A stretch of 64,000 nt of DNA from Octopus vulgaris (GCA_951406725.2 OX597817.1:167958001-168022000), one strand, 5' to 3'. Positions 1 to 13,290 are shown, counted from the first letter of the stretch. Notes: generated from the sequence alone by a model not told the origin. Made by a program: numbers and translations.

Positions 1-844
1 TCACCACCCTCATCAGCATCATCACCACCATCACCATCATCTTCATTGCCGTTGTCGTCATCGTTGTCATCATCACTGTCATCATCATTTCTATGGCTTC
101 GTGCCTTTTCAAACCCCAACCACTCTACAGAGCCTACAGGTTACTTTTTGTTACTTGTTTTTTGTTCTGCTGGATGCTAAGTAACAAGAAAAGAATAGAA
201 AAAAACCCTTAACTATTTGATCAAAAGGATTTGAGAAGGGAAGGTGACTTTATGCCAGGTGTTGAGAGACAAAAGTATGGCAGAGGGACAAGCACAGGTG
301 TCTTACTATAGAGGAGATGTTGTTGAGAATTATTAGAATCTGAGACACAATATCTTGTAGCAGTTGCTCCAGCTTTTTGCATTCTGAGTTCTTGGACAGC
401 AGACTGAATACATTGCATGATCTAATCCTACCATCTAATTCTAGGGTGTCTTTAGTGGGGCTCATTCATCATCATCATCATCATCATCGTTTAACATCCG
501 TTCTCCATGCTATCATGGGTTGGACGGTTCGACCGGGGATCTGGGAAGCCAGAAGGCTGCACCAGGCTCCAGTCTGATCTAGCAGTGTTTCTACAGCTGG
601 ATGCCCGGTAAATAAAGGGTTCAGGTTTCTGGTTCAAGGATAACTTCCTCACTTTCTTCCACCACTCTTAAAGGCTCTGAGAAATAAAGGGCCATATTCC
701 TCACTCTCTGACTAAGCAGTAGGAAAAATGGCCAAAGAAAGAACAGCAGTGCATATAGCCTTTACCGTTCTTCAAATATTAACTACTACAGGTTCTTGTG
801 TTAAAGTCTGAAGTCAGGTGGAGGTACATGGTTTAGTAAAAAAT

Positions 845-1097
845 AAATGCACCCTTTTAAAGCCCAGCCAGGCTCATGGGCCCAGTTTCCCGGTTTCTAT
901 GGTGTATTTGTTCCCCAGCTGGACAGGGGGCCAGTCCATCGCAGCATTACTCATTTTTGCCAGCTGAGTGGACTGGAGCAACGTGAAATGAAGTATTTTG
1001 CTCAAGAACACAACGCGTCGCCCAGTCCACGAATTGAAACCACAATCTTACAATCATGATGCTGACACCCATACCACTAAGCCACGCAACTCCACAC
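845..1097 (-). mobile_element. tRNA SINE family D (related copies at ~8020-8236, 15155-15277, 60555-60920)
   Basis: Head gtggcttagtggt..ggtttcaattc, then cttgagcaaaatacttcatttcacgttgctccagtccactcagctgg and a V-domain-like gatggactggcccc..tccag. Confidence 0.7.
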
Positions 1098-1235
1098 ATG
1101 GCTTAGTGGTTAGTGTTTAATCCTGTGATGCATTGACATTCCATCTAGGAGGGGAATTTATATGCTATGAGAACAAGAAAATTGGCCCTTATGAATTGAC
1201 ATGACTTGAAAAAGTAACTTTACTTTTTTTTTAAC

Positions 1236-1394
1236 AAGGGGTGTGGCAAGGGGTTGGTCTGTCTCAGTCAACTCTTTTAGGGGGGCAGCACTTCTGAGTC
1301 TGGTGAATAAACTAAAAATGCTTGTGGGGCCCAGGGATAGGGGTGGCAAACCCAAGGGCTGCCCTGGGCTGCATACAATCTAATTACACCATTG
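1236..1394. mobile_element. Short decayed hAT-like MITE
   Basis: caaggggtgtggc ... attacaccattg ends with a G-run/GGGCCC-rich interior. Confidence 0.3.
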
Positions 1395-1807
1395 TCTGCT
1401 GAGAAAACACGTTGCAGGAATGGTACTCTAGAGGCTTTCATTTCCGAGGAAGAAGGAGCAGATAATGGTTTGACATTCAGCTGGGTATAGTTATATGCAC
1501 CCTCATCTCTCGGTTCCTGTTCTGCCACCTGTGGCCACCCATCATCATATTTCTAATAACCCATGGAAGAGTGGTATCTTCTTAAACTTTTCTCTTACAG
1601 GCACAAGCATGGCTTTGTTTAAAGAACTCACTTTGCAACTATGTGGTTTTGAGTTCAGACCCACTGCTTGGCATCTTGGGCAAGTATCTTCAATTATAGA
1701 GCTCTGGGCCAACCAATGCTTTGTAAATGAATTTGGTAGATTGAAACTAAGCAAAAGCCCCCTCTATCCCTCTCAATTTCTCTTTCTTTTTCTCTCTCTC
1801 TCTCTCT

Positions 1808-1843
<36 letters not shown>

Positions 1844-2030
1844 AATATTAGGGAATAAATCCAAATTTACAGGGGAAAAAAAATCAGATTTAGGATTAAA
1901 TCCAATTTTATAGTAAAATATTATATAATATAAATTAGAGACAAAACCACTTAATCAATACATAAGATTTTAATGTATTGATTAAGTCTTTCCTTGTTTG
2001 TTTTGCAAAATAGTGGTTTTGTCTCTAATT

Positions 2031-2074
<44 letters not shown>

Positions 2075-2093
2075 TTGTGTGCATGCCTGTGTG

Positions 2094-2129
<36 letters not shown>

Positions 2130-3080
2130 TGTCTGTCTGTCCGTTTGTCTCCAAGTACTGCCTGACAACCAGTATTGGTCTATTTACATCTCTATAACTT
2201 AGCAGTTTGGCAAAAGAGATCAACAGAATAAATACGACACTTAAAAAATATAAGTGCTAGGTTCGATTTGCTTGACTAAACGCTTCAAGGCAGTGCTCCA
2301 GCATGACCACAGTCCAATGACTGAAGGAGGAAATAAAAATGATAAAAAACAAGAGATTACTTTCACAAAGGCCCCTATCTTTGAAATAGGGTCTACTGGC
2401 AGAGATTCTTGATACCCTTTAATTTCCTTATTAAACTTTGAAATCCTAATTACATTCAGTCTTGAGGAAGTGAGTAACATGTTCAGAACACGCAGGCTGG
2501 AGATTCTATTTCTGGAACATTCCCTGTCAATACTAAAGCAATGGTTTTGCTTTCAATCAGATTATTTTGATATAAACGTCAACATGGAATGTTATCTTGA
2601 TTGGGGTCTTTCCTTTTTTCAGCTGGAGTGAGTTGACTTGATTAGATATGGATAATTCTATTTTAGCTGGGCTAAGCTTCCTTATTTTAGACACTGATTC
2701 ATCGATCCTATCTTAACTGGAGTTGAGAACGTTGATTAGGTAGTGACTGGTTAAACCTGAGTCATTGGTGATGGAGTAACAGTTAATCTTGGAGATGAGA
2801 AAAAGGAGGAGTCAAAACTGAATGAGGATTGTCTAAGCTAAGGAGATGGTGATGCTCCTGTGTAAATAATTCAGTGACATTAGTTCTTAGAGTTAATAAA
2901 CCAACATTCTACAGAATAAATTGATTATTCTGTTTAATGAACTGACTTGCTGTTGAAGAAACTCCAGAGTAGCAGCCAAATAGTTTAATCCCAAAGAAAT
3001 CATTATTTCCTACCAATGCATCAGTTTTATTTCTCCATTTTGTTCATTAACACCAATATACACATACATATACATATATA

Positions 3081-3247
3081 TAGGCGCAGGAGTGGCTGTG
3101 TGGTAAGTAGCTTGCTAACCAACCACATGGTTCCGGGTTCAGTCCCACTGCGTGGCACCTTGGGCAAGTGTCTTCTGCTATAGCCTCGGGCCAACCAATG
3201 CCTTGTGAGTGGATTTGGTAGACGGAAACTGAAAGAAGCCTGTCGTA

Positions 3248-3296
<49 letters not shown>

Positions 3297-3510
3297 GTGT
3301 GTGTGTTGTCCCCCTAGCATTGCTTGACAACCGATTCTGGTGTGTTTATGTTCCCGTCACTTAGCGGTTCAACAAAAGAGACCGATAGAATAAGTACTGG
3401 GCTTACAAAGAATAAGTCCCGGGGTCGATTTGCTCGACTAAAGGTGGTGCTCCAGCATGGCTGCAGTCAAATGACTGAAACAACTAAAAAAGTAAAGAGT
3501 AAAAGAGTAT
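3081..3510 (+). mobile_element. tRNA-derived CORE-like SINE, family A (internal (TA)n(TG)n)
   Basis: A/B-box head ggctgtgtggtaag..gggttcagtccc, CORE-like accttgggcaagtg, tail ggtgctccagcatggc..tgactgaaac(aagagta)n. Confidence 0.9.
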
Positions 3511-3718
3511 ATATATATGTATCATCATCATCATCGTTTAACGTCCGCTTTCCATATTTGGGTTGGACGATTTGACTGAGGTCTGGCGAACCAGATGGCT
3601 GCACCAGACTCCAATCTGATCTGGCAGAGTTTCTACAGCTGGATGCCCTTCCTAATGCCAACCACTCCGAGAGTGTAGTGGGTGCTTTTACATGCCACCG
3701 GCACGTGAGCCAGTATAT

Positions 3719-3782
<64 letters not shown>

Positions 3783-3784
<2 letters not shown>

Positions 3785-3989
3785 TTTTTTCTTTTATTCT
3801 TTTATTTGTTTCAGTCATTTGACTGCGGCCATGCTGGAGCACCGCCTTTAGTCGAGCAACTCGACCCCGGGACTTATTCTTTGTAAGCCCAGTACTTATT
3901 CTATCGGTCTCTTTTGCCGAACCGCTAAGTGACGGGGACATAAACACACCAGCATCGGTTGTCAAGCAATGCTAGGGGGACAAACACAA

Positions 3990-4020
<31 letters not shown>

Positions 4021-4185
4021 CATATATACGACAGGCTTCTTTCAGTTTCCATCTACCAAATCCACTCACAAGGCATTGGTCGGCCCGGGGCTATAGCAGA
4101 AGACACTTGCCCAAGATGCCACGCAGTGGGACTGAACCCGGAACCATGTGGTTGGTTAGCAAGCTACTTACCACACAGTCACTAT
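3783..4185 (-). mobile_element. SINE family A
   Basis: Inverted near-full-length copy. Confidence 0.9.
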
Positions 4186-4430
4186 ATATATATATATATA
4201 CACACACACACGCACACACACACACATATAAACTAAAATAGCACATCACTTTCCCAATACTAACCCCGAATCTACAGACACTACTTCCACTCACTACTTC
4301 CACTCAAAAATACCCTACACACATCACCCTCGGTCACCCCACTCGCCACCCCGAGCCTATAACAATAACAACACCTCCACTCCTAATCAACCCACACACT
4401 CTAAACATTCTAAGGCCAGGAAGTTCTATT

Positions 4431-5090
4431 CATGTAGCACTGGCATGGGTGCTTTTCATGTAGCACTGGCATGGGTGATTTTCATGTAGCACTGGCATGG
4501 GTGCTTTTAATCTAGCACTGGCATGGGTGCTTTTCATGTAGCACTGGCATGGGTGCTTTTAATCTAGCACTGGCATGGGTGCTTTTCATGTAGCACTGGC
4601 ATGGGTGCTTTTCATGTAGCACTGGCATGGGTGCTTTTCATGTAGCACTGGCATGGGTGCTTTTCATGTAGCACTGGCATGTGTGCTTTTCATGTAGCAC
4701 TGGACATGGGTGCTTTTCATGTAGCACTGGCATGGGTGCTTTTAATGTAGCACTGGCATGGGTGCTTTTCATGTAGCACTGGCATGGGTGCTTTTCATGT
4801 AGCACTGGCATGGGTGCTTTTCATGTAGCACTGGCATGGGTGCTTTTCATGTAGCACTGGCATGGGTGCTTTTAATCTAGCACTGGCATGGGTGCTTTTC
4901 ATGTAGCACTGGCATGGGTGCTTTTCATGTAGCTCTGGCATGGGTGCTTTTCATGTAGCACTGGCATGGGTGCTTTTCATGTAGCACTGGCATGGGTGCT
5001 TTTCATGTAGCACTGACATGGGTGCTTTTCATGTAGCACTGTCATGGGTGCTTTTCATGTAGCACTGTCATGGGTGCTTTTACATGACAC
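4431..5090. repeat. 26-bp minisatellite (~25 units) catgtagcactggcatgggtgctttt
   Basis: Direct reading of tandem units. Confidence 0.97.
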
Positions 5091-5199
5091 TAGCACAGAT
5101 GTTTTTTATGTGGCTCTGGCACAAGTGTTTTTCCATGTAGCATGGCATTTATGCAATACCAACATGGGTGTCTTCCAGCTGGATTCCCAAGTGTGGCCA

Positions 5200-5330
5200 A
5201 TTGAGACTTTGGATATTATCCAATCATCTCATTCTTGGTCTGTCCTAGGTTTCATGCCAGTTGACTTGACTTGAAGAACCTGTCTTATGTTCCCTTCCTG
5301 GGACATTCTAATCACATGTTCGTAGTAATG
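5200..5330 (-). mobile_element. RTE-clade LINE C-terminal remnant
   Basis: HVIRMSQEGNIRQVLQ...GMKPR/RPRMR*LDNI resembles GHV.RM...G.RPRGRPR.RW.D. Confidence 0.5.
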
Positions 5331-6954
5331 GGGCTGTGACTTCTCAATGCAGAGGAGTAGAAGTCTGAGCAGGAAAGACTTCCCAATCTCTAAACTACTC
5401 ACCATTGAGTAATATTACACCAGAGATCCTTTGGAGGGTCACCATTTTGGCCTTTTTATAAGGAACCCCTTTATATAAAAGCTAAGTGAAAATTTGATGG
5501 AGATTTGGATGCAGTTTCTAGCATACCTTGTCTTTAAAAAAAAAAAAAGTACATTTCATAATGTACTTGTAGAGATCTAGGGAGGATAGGATCAAGATGT
5601 TTATGGATGGAACTGTTTTGATCCTTAAATCTGTTTGATCATAGCTGACCTGGAGCTAAACAATCGTCGTCGTTTAACGTCCGTTCTCCATGCTAGCATG
5701 GGTTGGACGGTTCGACCGGGGATCTGGGAAGCCAGAAGGCTGCACCAGGCTCCGGTCTTATCTGGCAATGTTTATACAGCTGGATGCCCTTCCTAACGCC
5801 AACCACTCCATGAGTGTAGTGAGTGCTTTTTACGTGCCACCTGCACTAGTGCCAGGCGAGGCTGGCATTGGCCACGGTCGGATTGGTGCATTTTACGTGC
5901 CACCTGCACGGAAGCCAGTCGAGGCGGCGCTGGCATCGGCCACGATTCGGATAATAATAATAATTGCTTCTGAAATAGGGACAAGTTCACAAGTTTGGGG
6001 AATGAGGATTAATCAATTAAATTGGCTCGAATACTAAACTGTTACTTTACTTTATTGACCCAGGAAGGATTAAAGACCAGATGGACCTTGGTGGGATTTG
6101 AACTCAGAACATAAAAATCCAGTGCAAATATCACAAGGCATTTTATCCAACACTTTAATGGTTCTGTCAATCTATCGCCCTGACAACGATAATAATGGCT
6201 TCTGGTTTAGATACAAAACCAACAATTTTGAGAAGGTATTAGTCAATACCATCAATCCTCGGTATTTAACTGGTACTTTATTTTATGGACTGAGGAGAGA
6301 TGAAAAGCAAAATTTACCATGCTAGGATTTGAACTCAGAGCAGAAATAGCCAAACTAAATACTGCAAAATATTTAATGATTTTGAAAATCCGTTGCCCTA
6401 ACAACAATATTAATAAGCTTTAAAGTTTTGGCAATTTTAAAGAAGAGGGTAAGTTAATTACATCAACCCCAGTGTGTAACTGGTACTTATTTTATCAACC
6501 CTGAAAGAATGAAAGGCAAAGTTGACTTCAGCAAGATTTGAACTTAAAATGTAAAGCCAGAAGAAATGCTGTTAGGCATTTTGTCCGGCATGCTAACGAT
6601 TCTACCAGGTGACCACCACAAAGAAATTATAATTCTTTCTACTATAGGCAAAGGCCTGAAAATTTGTGAGGGAGAGCTAGTTGATTACAATGGCCCCTAT
6701 GCTCAACTGGTGCTTATTTTATTGACCCCCTTCCAGTGGGGGTGAAAAACAAAGTTGACATCAGTAGGATTTGAACTCAGAATGAAAAGAGAGAGCAGAA
6801 ATGCTATGAAGCATTTTCTCCAACGTGCAAACAATTCTGGCAGCTTGCTACCTTCTAACAATAATAATAATAATAACAACAGAAATAACTCTAGCCACAG
6901 CATGAACAAAGCATCTGTGATTATGAAATGAATATAGTAACTGACATCATTTAC

Positions 6955-7363
6955 CTTTCATATAGATTATGTTGGAGTCATGCTCTGTTAACTTCCGTCT
7001 TTCATCTCGTAGCTTATAAGTGGTCTTGGTACATTTATTACGGCAAGGCCGCCCAGTACAACAGCAATGGCAGTGTTTGCACGAACTTAGCAGCAACAAT
7101 TCTGTTGTTCGAATGCAATAGAATAGAAGTAAAGCTAATCCAAACAGAATGATCACAATTAGGATTAAGACTGGTATAATCCAAATTAGATCAAGATTTG
7201 TGATCAATTCTTTGTGACTCGTCGTTGTTGTTGTTATTGTCGTTTTGGGGATTAAAGTCTGTGAGACATTGGTGTTAGCCTGAAGCCCGGCAATTGACAT
7301 ATTGCTCATAGTAGTATGATTGACAGGTGTAAGATGAAGAGTTATTATGTTTTCTGAATCCAT
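6955..7363 (-). CDS. First coding exon of an unrecognised single-pass (type III-like) membrane protein with Thr-rich ectodomain and Cys-rich juxtamembrane tail
   Basis: Acceptor tttcatttctgtag|G at 7447, gccATGg start at 7363, donor AAAG|gtaaat at 6955. Protein MDSENII... has N-glycosylation sequons (NHT, NMS, NVS), a hydrophobic segment LIWIIPVLILIVIILFGLALLLFYCI, then CKHCHCCCTGRPCRNKC. Non-repetitive sequence. Confidence 0.72.
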
Positions 7364-7847
7364 GGCTATAAATGTGACTGTATATTCCTTCAGGTAAAAT
7401 GGTGCCAAGTGTGAATGATTTATTCAATTAATTTTTGATTGGTGAACCTACAGAAATGAAACAAAGGAGAGTATAACAAAAAAATTCAGTTGTTCATCAC
7501 AAAAAGTACGGTATAATATATATAAATACGTCATACTGTTGACAATCCTTGGGAAGAGCTTAGTTTAAACGCTAAAGTCTAAAAAGAAAATCATAGTCAA
7601 TGCGATGTTTATATTTAACCAATTAAACTACAATTTACACAAGTGAAATTTATTACTTTACAGGTGGTGCTGTCTTTTCGTAATAGATTTGTCAGAGGAG
7701 GATAATTAACAAAAGTAATCATCTAAAATTATAGAAATTATCAATAATTATCAGACATTAGTCTGACTGCACATTTGTTCTACTACTATAAAAACCATCC
7801 TTTACTATCCCATATCATTGTAATTCATTGTAATTCACTGCACACCA

Positions 7848-7986
7848 CAGTGACGTAGCATGGGTTGGCCACCCAATGCGATAACCAAATTAGCCACCCT
7901 CTTCCTTAAATACTATACACCTGATAACAGCAAACAGATGTATGTAATGTGTCTACCCTGTACAGTCCACCTACGCAACACCACTG
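7848..7986. mobile_element. Short decayed hAT-like MITE
   Basis: Ends cagtgacgtagc / gcaacaccactg resemble CAGTGGCGTAGC-type TIRs. Confidence 0.4.
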
Positions 7987-8757
7987 ATGGTTGATCCATG
8001 TTACTATGTAAGGAAAAAAAGGGCCGGATTCCCCATTTCTCTAGTGTATATCTTCCTCTCTGAATGGGTCACTGGTCCATCACGGAATTATTCATTTTTA
8101 CCAGCTGAGTGGATTGGGGCAATGTGAAACGAAGTGTTTTGCTCAAGAACACAACACATTGCCCAGTCCAGGAATTGAAACCACAATCTTATGACCATGA
8201 GTCCAACACCCTAACCACCAAGCCACACACCTCCACATGAGAAGCTTGGGGTATATACCATCAAGAAGCACCTTCTTCATGGGCCAGGTTTCATAGAGAA
8301 GAATGCTCTCTCTCTATGAAGAAACATGGAAACTTCATTCAAATGCTTGTAACAGAATGCTCTATGGAACCAAAATTGAGTCCAACATCATAACCACTAA
8401 GCCAAGCACCTCTATTGACACACAACCATAATTTACCTCAGCTGTCCCTACCACCAACAGCCTCCCCACCATGTTTATATTACTAATGGCTGTACAGCAC
8501 AACCAGATAGTGCACCATCTCAAGTGTGACATTATACCTTCTAGGATAATGATCCGCAACCACTTTTTTTTTTTACTTAAGGATCTCTTTGATTCTTATT
8601 CTATTCTACTGGAACCTCATAGCCATTCAATGTTTAAAAAGAATCCTGTTGTACTTTTATAATTGAATATTATTGAGAACTGAATCATAAAAAAAAATTC
8701 TTAAACTATTTTGTGCACTGTAGAAATAAAATCAATTTCTTGTACATAAATTTTAAC

Positions 8758-9140
8758 AGGCGTTGGAGTGGCTGTGTGGTAAGTAGCTTGCTTACCAACC
8801 ACATGGTTCTGGGTTCAGTCCCACTGCGTGGCACCTTGGACAAATGTCTTCTACTATAGCCTTGGGCTGACCAAATCCTTGTGAGTGGATTTGGTAGACG
8901 GAAACTGAAAGAAGCCCGTCGTATATATGTATATATATATATATATATATGTACGTATGTGTGTGTGCATATGTTTGTGTGTCTGTGTTTGTCTCCCCAA
9001 AATCGCTTGACAACCGATGCTGGTGTGTTTACATCCCTGTAACTTAGCGGTTCGGCAAAAGACTGATAGAACAAGTACTAGACTTACAAAGAATAATTCT
9101 TGGGGTCAATTTGCTTGACTAAAGGCAGAGCTCCAGTCAA
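8758..9140 (+). mobile_element. SINE family A
   Basis: Same consensus. Flanked by a duplicated tagaaataaaatcaatttcttgta.ataaattttaaca. Confidence 0.9.
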
Positions 9141-9579
9141 ATAAAATAGAAATAAAATCAATTTCTTGTAGATAAATTTTAACAACAAAATCTTACATGG
9201 ACACCTGTTGAGGACAACAGTTCTAGGGTACCAAACTCAACCAACCACATTTGCAACTAACCCTAAGTTTCACTTCCCACTCTGACCACACTCAATGAAC
9301 CACAGAAAGACTCAATGTTGTTGCTTGGCCTATTAGACATAGCACCTAAATCTTCCTCAAATCATACACTACAGCTTTAAGAGAGAGGAGACTAGTGAGT
9401 CTAAGATAATGTAGTTCTAGATACACTACACTTAAATAAAATTCTGGTTGGTCATGGTTGGAACGCCTTTGATCCTAAATTTGCAAGTCACCTATGACTT
9501 GCAGGTAAGCAACAACAATAAAAAAAATAATGCTGAATGACACTCACACACACATACACACACATACACACACACACGC

Positions 9580-9645
<66 letters not shown>

Positions 9646-10884
9646 CACAAACTTTTCATACCAATGCACCATTATCTAGCCGATTACTTGACCTGCTAGT
9701 AATAATCAAATTCCATTATACCTTACCATTTCAGATTTAAAAAATGAGTGGGGGGAAGGGTATTTTTAAAATCTTTTACTTGTTTTAGTTATTAAACTTT
9801 GGACAGCATTGAAGAATTTTTGGTCAAATGCATCAACCCCACTACTTATTCCTTTAAGCCTGGTACTTATTTTATTGCTTGTTAAGCAGTGGGGGGGGGA
9901 CAAACTCACACACACACATACACTGACATACACACACACATATGTATCAAAAAATATAAGGACTGGAACAGGCAAAACACAGACTACAATTGTTTCATAG
10001 CAAAATGATGTTTGTTATATATGTTGTAACATACACAAAACCAGCTTAGCCAATCTTCAGGTTCTGTTACTCAACGTTGTTTACACTGTTATGTGGAGAT
10101 GAGCAAATGAATGACCAAGTCTATATATATATAAGAATGGAATAAACAGAACAGGATGAGACACATGGTATGGAGTGTCACTGAAGAGGTCACAGGAGGT
10201 GCAACGAAAGATTTCATCAAAGGAAACTAAAATAAGAATAATAATAAAGCTAAAGTGAAGAACGAATATATATTACATGTGTTCATTTGGCAAAAAAAAA
10301 TGACCGTCCCAAAATATAACAATAAGTGTATATATATATATATACATTCACACACACACACACACATATATATGTATGTATTCGACAGGCTTCTTTCAGT
10401 TTCCTTCTATCAAATCTGTTAACAAAGTTTTGGTCAGCCCGAGGCTGACACTTACCAACAGTGTCATGCAGTGGGACTGAACCTGGAGCTATGTGGTTGC
10501 GAAGCAAACTTCTTACGGCCCATGTTCTACTCGTAAATATACCGATGCTGGTGTGTTTACGTCCCCGTCACTTAGCGGTTCGGCAAAAGCGACCGATAGA
10601 ATAAGTAAGTACTAGGCTAACAAAGAATAAGTCCTGGGATCGATTTGCTCGACTCTTTAGTCGAGCGGTGCTCCAGCATGGCCGCAGTGAAATGACTGAA
10701 ACAAGTAAAGGAGTAATACAAAAATATCGGACAAAACTTAGAACGCCTACGATCTTAGTTTTGCTCAATGACAGTTGACCTGTGGCTAAATATCTACCAA
10801 AGCAATGACAATCCAAATAGTTCCACCACAGAACTAGAACAGGACATTACCCCACACCTGACTCCACCTTAGTAAAACGTCGGT

Positions 10885-11075
10885 TCTCTCTCTCTCTCTC
10901 TCACTTCTCTCTCTCACTTCTCTCTCTCTCTCTCTCACTTCTCTCTCTCACTTCTCTCTCTCTCTCTCTCACTTCTCTCTCTCTCTCACTTCTCTCTCTC
11001 TCTCACTTCTCTCTCTCTCACTTCTCTCTCTCTCACTTCTCTCTCACTTCTCTCTCTCTCTCTCACTTCTCTCTC

Positions 11076-11112
<37 letters not shown>

Positions 11113-11124
11113 TCTCTCTCTCTC

Positions 11125-11220
<96 letters not shown>

Positions 11221-11222
11221 TC
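10885..11222. repeat. (CT)n polypyrimidine tract with periodic CACTT interruptions
   Basis: Direct reading. Confidence 0.97.
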
Positions 11223-11399
11223 ATCCTCCTCCTCCTGAGCGGTGTCAGTTCCCTGTAAATTGCTGGAGGAGAAACGAGAGTGGGTCCGGAGACAGCAGTT
11301 GATGGGCCATGAAACAGTTTACAATTTCAAAAGTCGGTTAAGTCAACCAGCTCCGGACAACTGTCCTTAGCACCCGCGCCCCCCAACCCCGCCCCCATT

Positions 11400-11740
11400 T
11401 TCCACCACCACCACCACCTCCACCACCACCACCTCCACCACCACCACCACCACCACCTCCACCACCACCACCACCACCACCACTACGTTGCCTGTTTATA
11501 GAGTGACATTAAACTGTCAAACTCTCACCAACTCCACACAGGATGTGAACGCTTTACTCTTGGCCATTACTTTGCACCGTTAATGACATGCAATGGTAAA
11601 CGGCAGCTTCCTCCAGACAGACAGACATCAAGAATATTCGTACAAGCAGCAGCAGCAGTAATAGTAGTAGTGGTGGTGGTGGTGGTGGTGGTGGCGGCGG
11701 CGGCGGTGGTGGAGGAAGATTTGGTGGGGGTGGGGGTGGC

Positions 11741-11800
<60 letters not shown>

Positions 11801-11870
11801 GGTAGTTGTAGTTGTAGTAGTAGTAGTAGTAGTAGTAGTAATGACGGTAGTGGTGGCGGTGGTGTAGTGG
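11400..11870. repeat. (CCA)n and (TAG)n/(TGG)n trinucleotide tracts
   Basis: Direct reading. Confidence 0.95.
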
Positions 11871-12189
11871 TTGCTTTTTTTTCTTCCTCTTACTCCCCTA
11901 CAAACCCTTCCCTCCACTCACCATCCTCCCATCCCCCCCCACCCATCCATCCATCCATCCCCTGCCCCTGCGCCTCCCTCACCGCCACCACAACCACCCA
12001 TAATTTAGCTCTTCCTTTCTTTCATTAAATGAATGAACGACTTTTTTTCACGTCTGAAACAGGATGGAACTAATTGTTTACTTCTAAATTACATGACACG
12101 TTACACAGTGAGTGGCACGGGGTGAGGAAACGAAGTGGGAGGAGAGTACAATGGTCTGTGGATGCGTAGATAGTTAGACAACCCATCGT

Positions 12190-12575
12190 GGAGGCGCAAT
12201 GGCCCAGTGGTTAGGGTAGCGGACTCGCGGTCATAGGATCGCGGTTTCGATTCCCAGACCGACCGCGCGTTGTGAGTGTTTATCGAGCGAAAACACCTAA
12301 AAAAGCTCCACGAGGCTCCGGCAGGGCATGGTGGTGATCCCTGCTGTACTCTTTCACCACAACTTTCTCTCACTCTTACTTCCTGTTTCTGTTGTACCTG
12401 TATTTCAAGGGGCCGGCCTTGTCACTCTCTGTGTCACGCTGAATATCCCTGAGAATTACGTTAAGGGACACGTGTCTGTGGAGTGCTCAGCCACTTACGC
12501 GTTAATTTCACGAGCAGGCTGTTCCGTTGATTCGGATCAACCGGAACCCTCGTCGTCGTAGCCGACGGAGTGCTA
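12190..12575 (+). mobile_element. tRNA-derived SINE, family B
   Basis: Head ggaggcgcaatggcccagtggttagg..ggtttcgattccc. TSD agacaacccat. Confidence 0.88.
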
Positions 12576-12809
12576 GAGAGAGACAACCCATTACGGACTA
12601 TCATTTAATGCTTATATCATAGTTTTAACATGACCCCAATCATGTTGTACTGTCCCCTTCTATGTTGGCCCCTTGTGGGTAACAAAGAAATCGCACACTA
12701 CCTCATTCAAGCGCCTTGACGGTGCCAAGTCGGGACACTTTAGCAGAAATTTAAATATATCCTCAGGGAAGGAGTTGATTATCCTGTACAATACACCCAC
12801 GCCTGTGTT

Positions 12810-13290
12810 CATTTTTATTCTGTAAGTGTCCACGATACTCGATTGTCAACAGTCCAGCCAACCTATTTATAATAGGTATCACAGTTTGATATTGTTCACT
12901 TTCACTGGATTCCAAACAAAACACTTAACTGTCAGCAGTGCAGTCTAACTAATTGTAAGTGAATACCACAATGTACCGTGTCCATGTCCAAGATATTCAA
13001 CTGTCAACAGCCTTAGTCTCCCTAGTTATAAGAAGATACCACAATGTAGTTGTAGTTAAACTGTACTATGTCCATGTCTAAGACACTGCATTGTTGGCAT
13101 TCCAGTCCAACTAGCTGTAAATACCACAATACGGTTACAGTTTACTGTACTTTGTCCATGACTAAGACACCTGCCAATAGTTCAGTTAACCTACGTCGCT
13201 GTATATAAGTATCATTGTGTGGTTGTAGTTCTCCACACTCTGTCCGCGAAAGGACACTTAACTGCTGTCTGTGAAGTCCACCAAAGCTAG
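12810..13290. repeat. Degenerate ~75-90-bp tandem repeat (~6 units)
   Basis: Recurring tgtccatgt..aagacact.aactgtcaacag...ataccacaatg. Confidence 0.6.

Noticed and set aside
2700-2857. Stop codons rescued by A-to-I editing to extend the membrane protein
   Set aside because: About five in-frame stops in ~70 codons would all need recoding, so decay or UTR is more parsimonious.
3027-4241. Recurrent MLGGQTQTH...RQASFSFRLPNPLTRHW ORF family
   Set aside because: It is a chance reading frame through SINE family A and depends on the length of the internal microsatellite.
11567-11917. Poly-Thr mucin or poly-Val ORFs (also 30681, 31184, 39232)
   Set aside because: They are trinucleotide microsatellites without splice or start context.
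12190-12260. tRNA gene
   Set aside because: It is the tRNA-like head of SINE family B and continues into the SINE body in three copies.
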